64,000 bases of DNA from Macrostomum lignano. Taxonomy: Eukaryota. The stretch covers positions 186,001-250,000 of the forward strand of contig NIVC01000006.1 in NCBI GenBank assembly GCA_002269645.1, in the 5' to 3' direction. Below, piece after piece: positions 54,321 to 64,000 of the stretch (within the stretch, counting starts at the first letter, position 1; each line of letters starts with the position of its first letter). The notes beneath the pieces are model-generated. The model searched no databases and had not been told where the DNA came from. It was given only the letters and a program-made list of their open reading frames with translations. Both the position numbers and the translations under genes were made by a program.

Positions 54321-56512
54321 ATTTTCATCGATATTATACAGCCAGCAGTCGATGAACATTCCGGAACGATTTCTCCGTGTAACTCCGTGATTTTTAATAG
54401 GAAGGATGAGATCGTACACGTAGATCGTACATAAGATCGTACAGATCGTAAAAGTCTTCTTAATTTTTGTCTATTTCCATATACTAGAAATGAAAATTTA
54501 CTCTACATGTAATTATTTTGTTTATTAGAATTTTCATATTTATGTGATTGTGCGTAAAAAGTGTATTGGTTAATTTGAGCCTAAAAGATAAGCACCATGA
54601 TCTATCTGCATTAAGGGCGTCGCCTGCATGGATTTTATGGTGGGAGACAAAGCCAATGGATTCTAAATGTACATGACTAAATTTCTACAATACTTTGAGA
54701 ATCGGTGTACATGTACATGTATGTCAATTGGATCAGCGAAGGTTACATGCACCGTGATAATTACATGCACGATATGGTGAGTGGTGGGACATTATAAAAA
54801 AATTAATGATAGCTCTCCTTCACGGATTAGAAATTGTGTAACTGCATAAGCGTCCTGAATCTAGAATTGTTTTACTGTTTAATTAAAAATTATGAATGCT
54901 GCAACGGTGTGTGATTTGCACGTTGGCTATTCAGACAGACTTTTCACTTTTTTATGCGCGCTTAATATTATTCTATAATTTATTCAAACCTTAACAAATT
55001 TTCTCTAAAGTAAAAATCCAATAAAAATTGATTTTGGTTGGATCATTCCTTTAGTTATCAAGCTCAAGTTTTGCTTGAGCAAATGAGCAAATGAGCAAAA
55101 AACTTTTTTTTTTAATATTTAAACTACTGTACGTAAGAACATATATTCACGTATGCTGGATGCATAAAAGTGTATGCCACTTTTTGATCGATTTTTCGAC
55201 TTTATAAACAAGATCTAATAGGACGTAAAGCTTTAAAATTAAAAAAATAGACATGTATAATTACTCGTTCTTCTACGAATGTTCATGATTGATACAGTAC
55301 ATGAATTTCATGGTGTAATAAAGAGTGCATATGTTTAGGCTACATGTACGTACGTAGCCTAGTAGCTAGCTGGTTGCACAATTCGCACGCGATGAGAAGA
55401 GTTAAACAATTTTATAATTCCAAGAAAAATACCGTCCCGTGAAAGGTTGTCAATCGTAACGAATGAGTGAAAGTCTAAGTTGTTGAGCTATACACGAGCT
55501 ACAAGCGTTTAGTCCATCTTCACAAATACAACAAATATCAACCTGCGTAATGAATTATTACTGTTAGCAATTCTAATTTAAAGACCGCAAGGCTAATGAA
55601 AATTCAATAAACTCAGTTTTTTACTGTGCTTTGATTTACTACTCTTGTCGGAACCTTTGTTTTATTTACTACGATAAAGAAAATTTTATTCAGTTTAAAA
55701 CAGACATCCTTCGTTTCGTTTGCAATTTTAAGGTCGACGAATACGAATACGGTCGTACATACTGGAATAAATTTACTATGTCGAATGTAGTTTCTAAAAA
55801 ATAATCCTGGTTGAACCCACAAGTTTTTGGTGAATATGAATTGACTGGAAGTCCTACAAATCCAATTTGTTGAGACTTAAAGCACTCGATTTTTCTCTAT
55901 CTTTTATTTCTGATTTGTGAAGCAAGAAAGATTTTTTTGAGCTTTTTTAGTTCAATATGTAGCTTTTTATAATTTTCTGTATTATATTGCAGTTACTAAC
56001 GCTAGATTATAAAAAGTTTATTAGCGAGAAATAAAATTATGAATCCAATTGTTATGTTATTGTTTTTAAAGCAAAAATACTTCAATTGAAGATTTTGATG
56101 TTCATAAGTAAACTTTTTTTAATAAAGCACAATGACTGCTAATAACTTAGATATAGCTCAATTCGGATGTAAAAAGCGGTTATTATTTATCGTAAAAATA
56201 AAATTCTATCTCATATCAAAATCACAGCTGGCAAAGAAAAAATAAAAATCTACTAACACTTAAAATATTTAGCAATATATCATGGACTTTAAGGTTGTTT
56301 TAACGTACTTATTTTACAAGTTCTATGAGAGATTATAGTTTACATCATGCAGTCTTGACTAAAACAATTTTAACAACTTACGAGTAATATTTGTTTTAAA
56401 CTTATAAGACGATAGTTTAAAAGTTACTACAACAATTTTGCTCAAATTTTCAGCAGAATAACTTTCTTTAAACACTGAAACTAATAAGTTACAGCAGCCA
56501 TACAAAGCCTGA

Positions 56513-56711
56513 ATGGAACGGCACAGACCAGTCAGAACGGTGTCGCAGCCAGGTGGAAGCAAGTTTATCACTCTCGGCAAACTGCTCAGGCCATGGAAAT
56601 GGGGCAAATCGGGCGCTAAAGACAGCGGCAACTCGAGCGATTCAACGCAGAATTCTGATGGATCCAGTCAATCGTCCAGCCTGCGAGATGTCCGGGGAGA
56701 AAGAGGCACTG
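56513..56711 (+). CDS. PHACTR: Phosphatase-and-actin-regulator (PHACTR)-like N-terminal exon
   Basis: SKFITLGKLLRPWKWGKS matches the conserved PHACTR motif (KFxxxGKIFKPWKWRKK). ATG at 56513 and donor ACTG|GTGAGC at 56711. Confidence 0.65.
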
Positions 56712-56884
56712 GTGAGCTGCTCAATGCTTGTTAACATTGGTGCATAAGTCAAAAGATGCAAATGAATCGTGACATTTGCCAGCAGAATTTTTTGCCAGCC
56801 GACGTTGTACTAATCCTAGGTTCACATTTCACATGTATATTAAATAATGCATCTATGTCTAGCTCAACATACTGTGCGTGTACA

Positions 56885-57254
56885 TTTTTAGAGACAGGGG
56901 CTGTGTGCACCCTGGTGCACTTTAAGCGACATTGTAACACAACCGGCGAGAGGAATGGCTGCCCATTCCACCGACTCCCCTGAGCAGGCACACAAGCGCG
57001 CGGATACGCACGCAGTTATACGCACAGGCACACACTCACACAGGAGTGTACAGCGGCCCTAACTTTATTTATCGTTGGGCATGTACACTTCACTGTGCCT
57101 TGGGGGTTGGCCCTCGATCAATGGCGTCAATTGCCCGAGCAGAGCCAAGCCGAGATTCCAATCTAGTCCCGAATTAATGACTGCACTTGGAATCGAGTCT
57201 GGGCCGCTGGCACATCGGAGCGCCGCGCTATACCACTGGGCTACTCCCCCCCCC
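56885..57254 (-). mobile_element. tRNA-derived SINE family 1, full length, more diverged
   Basis: Aligns end to end with the 34627 copy; head reads GGGGGAGTAGCCCAGTGGTATAGCGC on the minus strand. No clear TSD. Confidence 0.88.
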
Positions 57255-58714
57255 ACGTACATGCACATGTAATACATGCATACTTGGCTTCCGTTCAGAA
57301 TATCCAAAAGGATATTTGCAGTGTGGTATATCTCATCAGAATGCTAAACTCAAATTTTAACATTTGTTTAGTACATCTCGTACTTGCAGAGAGTGAGGAT
57401 TGAATGACATTGAGAAACCTAGGTTTTTGATGAGGTTTTTATTTCATCATGTAGTATATATTGCAAGCGGATTTTCGTTCGACATTTTATTGTGTTTTCA
57501 TGCTCAAGCTCAATTTATACTTGTTTATTGAGCATCTGCAACTTGCAAGGTCTTTGGGTTACTATAGTCACTAAAACTTCACAAGCAGCATGGAACAATT
57601 GACCCAGCCCCAAAAATGGAACACCTGTTTGGAGTTCTGTTGGTGAGATGATTTATCAACCATATTTAGTGTGTTGATGGAGTCAACGGAGAGTCTCGCG
57701 GACCGCACTGAGGTCGGAAAGGGCACCCTTAAGCCCGTGCAACATTCCGACCTTCGCCAACGTACCCAGCGTAGCTGGATGTCGCATTACGCCGACTGGA
57801 AACGACATCAACGAGTAGTTATTGAATACCTTTTTGTGTTAAAAGTCGCTGGGAAAGAAGCTAAAGGGGCTGAACCAAACTCTGGACGGTACGAGCGTAC
57901 AGTAGTCTCAAATTCAACCAGTAAAGTTTATCGAGCGTAGGCAGTCTTAAAACATTCAGTTTTGCAGCGCACTGCGGCACAGACGCGGTTGCATCTCCCT
58001 GCCCTGACGGCCCGTGTTTACAAAACCAGAATTATCATTTTAGCTCGTATACGTGAACCACAGTTTGTCAGAACTGTGTTTGAAAACCTTAAACATTTTC
58101 TAGCAGCTAATCGTGAACGGAGATGGAAAAGCTTGCTTGCTAGCATATCTACACTGCCTTGTATTTTCGAAGGAATGGACTGCACAAACAAGTTTTGTAG
58201 TACGCTCGTTACAAGCAATGAGGTGCAGACAGTGCAGTGTGCGGGCTCCAAAATCAGTATTAAAAAATTGCCGTCATGCTTCCATCATGAGGTTAGCAGG
58301 TAGCTCTAATTGCTGCCACGCCTGTATAGAGTAGCGAAGGCGCACGAAAAAATGTAGTTAATTATAAATTGCAGGATACGGCCGGTACCGTAGTCAGCTG
58401 CTCATCGCAGGCTCAATGGTGGAATCAACTAGAAAATACTCGTACCTCTGATTCAATTTTTTTAGACTGGATTAAGGCGTCCCTTTTTCTACCGTACATT
58501 CAAAGGTTGCTTCTTTGACGGAATTTAAACTCTCTTTCTCTCTTACTGAAGTAGTTTCCGAGATCTACTTTCAGAGCCATTTCTACGAGCTGTCTCGAAG
58601 ACATTACTTTTCCCTTTCCAGTGGCTTCTGCAGGAATTTTATTTGGAGGGGACGCAAACCTAAGGGGCACCAATATTTGCTTTCTCTTGGTGGGGGGGGG
58701 CTTGTCTCCTAGTG

Positions 58715-61070
58715 GGCGCCCTTTGGTCTTTCTGGGTGTGGGCGCCCCTGTCTCTTGGTTGGGCGCCCCTGTCTCTTGTTGGGCGCCCTTGTCTCTTGGT
58801 TGGGCGCCCCTGTCTCTTGTTGGGCGCCCCTGTCTCTTGTTGGGCGCCCCTGTCTCTTGTTGGGCGCCCCTGTCTCTTGTTGGGCGCCCCTGTCTCTTGT
58901 TGGGCGCCCCTGTCTCTTGTTGGGCGCCCTTGTCTCTTGGTGAGCGCCCCTGTCTCTTGGTTGGGCGCCCCTGTCTCTTGTTGGGCGCCCCTGTCTCTTG
59001 TTGGGCGCCCCTGTCTCTTGTTGGGCGCCCCTGTCTCTTGTTGGGCGCCCCTGTCTCTTGTTGGGCGCCCTTGTCTCTTGGTGAGCGCCCCTGTCTCTTG
59101 GTTGGGCGCCCCTGTCTCTTGTTGGGCGCCCCTGTCTCTTGTTGGGCGCCCTTGTCTCTTGGTGGGTGCCCTTTGTCTTTCATGGTGTGGGCGCCCCAGT
59201 CTTTTAGTGGGCGCCCCTGTCTCTTGGTGAGCGCCCCTGTCTTTTGGTGAGCGCCCCTGTCTCTTGGTGGACGCCCCTGTCTCTTGGTGGGCGCCCCTGT
59301 CTCTTGGTGAGCGCCCCTGTCTCTTGTTGGGCGCCCCTGTCTCTTGGTGGGAGCCCTTTGTCTTTCTGGGTGTGGGCGCCCCTGTCTCTTGGTGAGCGCC
59401 CCTGTCTCTTGGTGAGCGCCCCTGTCTCTTGGTGGGAGCCCTTTGTCTTTCTGGGTGTGGGCGCCCCTGTCTCTTGGTGGGTGCCCCTGTCTCTTGGTGG
59501 GTGCCCCTGTCTCTTGGTGAGCGCCCCTGTCTCTTGGTGGGTGCCCCTGTCTCTTGGTGAGCGCCCCTATCTCTTGTTGGGCGCCCCTGTCTCTTGTTGG
59601 GCGCCCCTGTCTCTTGTTGGGCGCCCCTGTCTCTTGTTGGGCGCCCCTGTCTCTTGGTGGGAGCCCTTTTTTCTTTCTGGGTGTGGGCGCCCCTGTTTCT
59701 TGGTGAGCGCCCCTGTCTCTTGGTGGGAGCCCTTTGTCTTTCTGGGTGTGGGCGCCCCTGTCTCTTGGTGAGCGCCCCTTTCTCTTGGTGGGTGCTCTTT
59801 GCCTTTCTGGGTGTGGGCGCCCCCGTCTCTTGGTGAGCGCCCCTGTCTCTTGGTGGGTGAACCTGTCTCTTGGTGAGCGCCCCTGTCTTTTGTTGGGCGC
59901 CTATGTCTCTTGTTGGGCGCCCCTGTCTCTTGGTGGGCGCCCCTGTCTCTTGGTGGGCGCCCCTGTCTCTTGGTGGGCGCCCCTGTCTCTTGGTGAGCGC
60001 CCCTGTCTCTTGTTGGGCGCCCCTGTCTTTTGGTTGGCGCCCCTGTCTCTTGGTGGGCGCCCCTGTTCTGGTGGGCGCCCCTGTCTCTTGGTGAGCGCCC
60101 CTGTCTCTTGGTGGGTGCCCCTGTCTCTTGGTGAGCGCCCCTATCTCTTGTTGGGCGCCCCTGTCTCTTGTTGGGCGCCCCTGTCTTTTGTTGGGCGCCC
60201 TTGTCTCTTGTTGGGCGCCTCTGTCTCTTGGTGAGCGCCCCTTTCTTTTGGTGAGCGCCCCTGTCTCTTGGTGGACGCCCCTGTCTCTTGGTGGGCGCCC
60301 CTGTCTCTTGGTGAGCGCCCCTGTCTCTTGTTGGGCGCCCCTGTCTCTTGGTGGGAGCCCTTTGTCTTTCTGGGTGTGGGCGCCCCTGTCTCTTGGTGGG
60401 TGCCCCTGTCTCTTGGTGAGCGCCCCTGTCTCTTGGTGGGTGCCCCTGTCTCTTGGTGAGCGCCCCTATCTCTTGTTGGGCGCCCCTGTCTCTTGTTGGG
60501 CGCCCCTGTCTCTTGTTGGGCGCCCCTGTCTCTTGGTGGGAGCCCTTTGTCTTTCTGGGTGTGAGCGCCCCTATCTCTTGTTGGGCGCCCCTGTCTCTTG
60601 TTGGGCGCCCCTGTCTCTTGTTGGGCGCCCCTGTCTCTTGTTGGGCGCCCCTGTCTCTTGTTGGGCGCCCCTGTCTCTTGGTGGGAGCCCTTTTTTCTTT
60701 CTGGGTGTGGGCGCCCCTGTTTCTTGGTGAGCGCCCCTGTCTCTTGGTGGGAGCCCTTTGTCTTTCTGGGTGTGGGCGCCCCTGTCTCTTGGTGAGCGCC
60801 CCTTTCTCTTGGTGGGTGCTCTTTGCCTTTCTGGGTGTGGGCGCCCCCGTCTCTTGGTGAGCGCTCCTGTCTCTTGGTGGGTGAACCTGTCTCTTGGTGA
60901 GCGCCCCTGTCTTTTGTTGGGCACCTATGTCTCTTGTTGGGCGCCCCTGTCTCTTGTTGGGCGCCCCTGTCTCTTGGTGGGCGCCCCTGTTCTGGTGGGT
61001 GCCCCTGTCTCTTGGTGAGCGCCCCTGTCTTTTGTTGGGCGCCCCTGTCTTTTGTTGGGCGCCCTCTCTC
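58715..61070. repeat. 20-bp satellite (TTGGGCGCCCCTGTCTCTTG)n, about 2.35 kb, with higher-order structure
   Basis: About 115 units. Variant blocks recur at an offset of 1024 nt. Confidence 0.97.
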
Positions 61071-62553
61071 TTGGAAAAAAAGTTGAATAAGTGGAAAAAG
61101 TTGAGCTTTTGTTTTAGTTCAATTTTTGGGGAGGGGCGATCAAGGGCGGGAGTGTCCCCTGGCCCTCCCTTTCTGTCTTTCCTCCCTACAGTTGTTCAGG
61201 TGTGTACATTCAGCTGTACATACAATGGTGGATGGTGGCCCACGGTTCACTAATCGTACTAATTGAGAGTCAGAAGTCGCAGAATGGCTAAGGTACACTT
61301 GGGTTTCCAGCTCTGGTGCAATAAATTTGACGCAAAACTGCGCAATTCCGAGGGCCTTTTACGAATCTCTCTGCCAGGGCTGCCTGACAGGACAGAATGA
61401 ATTAAATCGAGCCTGATGCTGAAATTGGTCTAAAAATTAATAAAATCGCTCTATAATTGCGAAATATCTAATATTCTACAAGTTTTAATTTGAACCGAAA
61501 AAATCATAACCGCTACTTTCGACTACTATAAGTAGTAAGCATGTGCACATTTGGATTCTCATAGCTCTGCATTCTCAAGTATTTAATAAAACATTTTATT
61601 AGTAGTGAGGCATCTAGGCTCCCATTACAGTACAGTAATCTGCATCAGAGTCTCGTGTTGTATTCTAAATTATTCACATTTTCCCGTGCAGTTACTTTCC
61701 TTCTCGCTCCGCATGTCTATTAGAGTTGTCTCCGTGCAGCTTTTATTGGCCAACGGTCACCATCTGACCACATGCACACGGATGCAGCAGGCCTTGCCCT
61801 CAAGCATATTACTGCGAACATCTTATAATCCTTCCTCTCTGACAAGTCGCGGCAATCAAACCTTCTCGTTTTGCTCCTTTCTATTAAGTTCGTCCTGTAC
61901 AGTTCATAAATAGCTTATGACGAAGTTAAAGAACCTAAATAAAGGATCAAAAGTCCCTGAGTGACCTCAGGCTGTACAAAACAGATACAGAAGATCTTCT
62001 GTGTCATTCTAAATACCGGCGGATTCGTCATTTAATGAGCCTCAACTATACAATTCTGCCGTGCTAAACGACTGCAATAAGCGAGGCTTCGTGCACTTGA
62101 AAAACGGAGTCGCAGGAGGCAAGAGATTCTATGCTGTACAGAGCTAGCTGGTTTTGAAAGTCTCGTAAAGCTTAGGCTATTAAAACCATCGAACTGTACC
62201 CTGTGCATTAGCGGCCTCACTCAACCAAACACACACTCTCTCTCCCGCATCCAACTCGACTATAGAAAAGAAAATCTGTGGAAAGAGAATCGGGGGTCGA
62301 GTGGGGTACGCAGCGCCTGCGCAAGGAGAAGTATAGTGTGACATTTTACCGCGTACAGAGCCAGAGTTCTTCTGCGAATAGAGCTGACACCAAAAGCATT
62401 CGATTGTAATACTGGAGTCGACCAAATCTTCCTTTACAAACTGATCGCTTCTTATCTTGGAATTTGCCCGCATGGTCTGTCTTCTTCTAAACTGCGATAA
62501 TAGCAAGCTGACTTTGCACGCAGCCAAGGGAACGATCAAATCTTTTGCAACAG

Positions 62554-62852
62554 TCGGTTTCAACGCGCCAGCTCAGATCTTCTCTGTCAAAAGAGGCCCA
62601 AGAGCTGCTGCAAATGGGCTGCGTCCAGTCCTGCAGCCGACGTTCGAGGGAGCTGAACAGCTCTGCGACGGCTGAGGGGCACGACGGCTATGACCCGTCC
62701 GAGCCGACGGCCACCTCGGCCAAGTACATTTACATACCGACAGTTCACACAGAGGCCGCGCCTGTTGAACCAGACTCTACCGAAAGGAACAACCCAAACA
62801 GTTGTCAGGACTCAAACAATAATGGCCGGGACGAGAGCGGCAACGATACAGG
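62554..62852 (+). CDS. Candidate downstream PHACTR exon with a degenerate RPEL-like segment
   Basis: Acceptor TTTTGCAACAG at 62553 and donor GGAG|GTATTT at 62852. SLSKEAQELLQMGCV resembles RPEL1 (SxRxxxEELxxxGxL). Its phase does not match the 56711 donor, so another exon would be needed. Confidence 0.35.
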
Positions 62853-63164
62853 AGGTATTTTAACTCTTGAAGCTTAGGATTATCAAGGACTTTGGCTTCA
62901 TGTTCAAATTCCTTTTACCGTTGATTGTTGCTCTCACTCTGAGAACAGGAATTTTATCTAAGAAATTGAAATTTCAAATCATCTACATGTATTTATTATT
63001 TAGGTTTTATTAGAAATGAGCTGGAGGCTGTTAAAAGAGCAAAGTACGTGTTTGAGTTTCTCTAGAGGAAGCATAGTGCTGTATGGACTTTTTCCATAGA
63101 CAAATGAGTGGTCTGTGAAACCTCTACAATAGCTATCCGGGCCGCTCAAGGTTTGTCTCATCTC

Positions 63165-63660
63165 AGCTCTCTTCTTTCTCTCTCTTCTCTCCTCTCTCAT
63201 TTTCCCTTCCCCTATCGTCGCTCTCTCCTCTCCCCTATAGTCTCCTCTCCCCTTTCGTCTCTCTTCACTCATCTCCCCTCTCCTTTCCACTCGCCTCTCT
63301 CCCCTCTCCACTCTCTCCTCTCTCCTCTCTCCCATCCCCTCCCCTCTCTCTCCTCTCTCTCTTCTCCTCTCCCCTCTTTCCACTCATCTCCCCTCTCCCC
63401 TCCTCCTCCCCATCCCCTCGTCTCTCCCCTCTCTCCACTCATCTCCCCTCTCCTCTCTCCTCTCATCTCTCCCCTCTCCCCTCCTCTCCCGTCTCCTCTT
63501 TCTCCTCTCTCCCATCCCCTCCCCTCTCTCTCCTCTCTCCTCTCCTCTCCCCCCTCTCCCCTCCTCTCCCGTCTCCTCTTTCTCCTCTCTCCCATCCTCT
63601 CCCCTCCTCCCCCATCCCCTCGTCTCTCCCCGGCCTCTTCAAGCTCCTCTCCTCTCTCAG
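63165..63660. repeat. Polypyrimidine (CT/CCT) low-complexity tract
   Basis: About 500 nt almost free of purines on the + strand. Confidence 0.92.
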
Positions 63661-64000
63661 GCTCTTGCGCTAGATACTATTTCTAGCATTTAAGGTTCAA
63701 AAAAGTTTACCGACCCCCTGGCTTAGAAATTGAATTCTCCGTCCAGTTTACTTTTCTAATTCTACCTTCCCCTCTTTTTCATCCTAGGGCAAAACAGGAA
63801 TTAATTAGCAGAGTTCGCAAATTCCTGTCTAAACCTAGCGGATAAAAATATGAGACCCGGTGCTTCCTTACCTCCGCACTGTAATATGACCCTAAATGTA
63901 CATAACTGGGTCTTTTAAAGTTCAAATTAACACAGTCGCTTTTATTCTGAGTGATAGGAACAGTCCTTTTAATATTTTCGTGCAAGACACGACTATAGAA

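Noticed and set aside
57671-57940. 89-codon ORF as a PHACTR exon or separate gene
   Set aside because: No recognisable motif, and the acceptor phase does not fit the 56711 donor. Left unassigned.
5178-61070. Regular 20-51 bp repeats as CRISPR arrays
   Set aside because: Units are head-to-tail with no unique spacers, there are no cas genes, and the context is eukaryotic.

Overview
This is eukaryotic, intron-containing, CpG-rich animal DNA, with roughly a fifth of the window made of about 18 different local minisatellite arrays. The style suggests a free-living flatworm such as Macrostomum (inference only). Genes I can support, left to right: (1) a 5'-truncated Pumilio/PUF gene (+) with all eight canonical RNA-recognition triplets; (2) two intronless, divergent Rac-like GTPases in a tandem duplication (-); (3) a TTLL10-like tubulin glycylase-family gene (+); (4) a six-exon channel gene (-) joining canonical ankyrin repeats to a TRPM-type MHR3/4, S1-S6 and TRP-helix module with no visible MHR1/2 domain; (5) IMMP2L (+), apparently head-to-head with that channel, start codons 48 nt apart; (6) an orphan GC-rich exon; (7) a single-pass membrane protein of unknown family with a partial duplicate; (8) a DEG/ENaC pseudogene and an intact 655-aa DEG/ENaC paralogue sharing a near-identical 5' tract; (9) the start of a PHACTR-like gene. 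Mobile DNA includes two tRNA-headed SINE families (two copies with target-site duplications), a hAT-type MITE with an 8-bp TSD, and Gypsy pol fragments. The most interesting items are the ankyrin-TRPM architecture, the back-to-back splice acceptors at the channel/IMMP2L junction, paralogue pairs showing minisatellites before and after expansion, and the homogenised ENaC 5' tract. All alignments, exon models and counts were made by eye; no database search was run.
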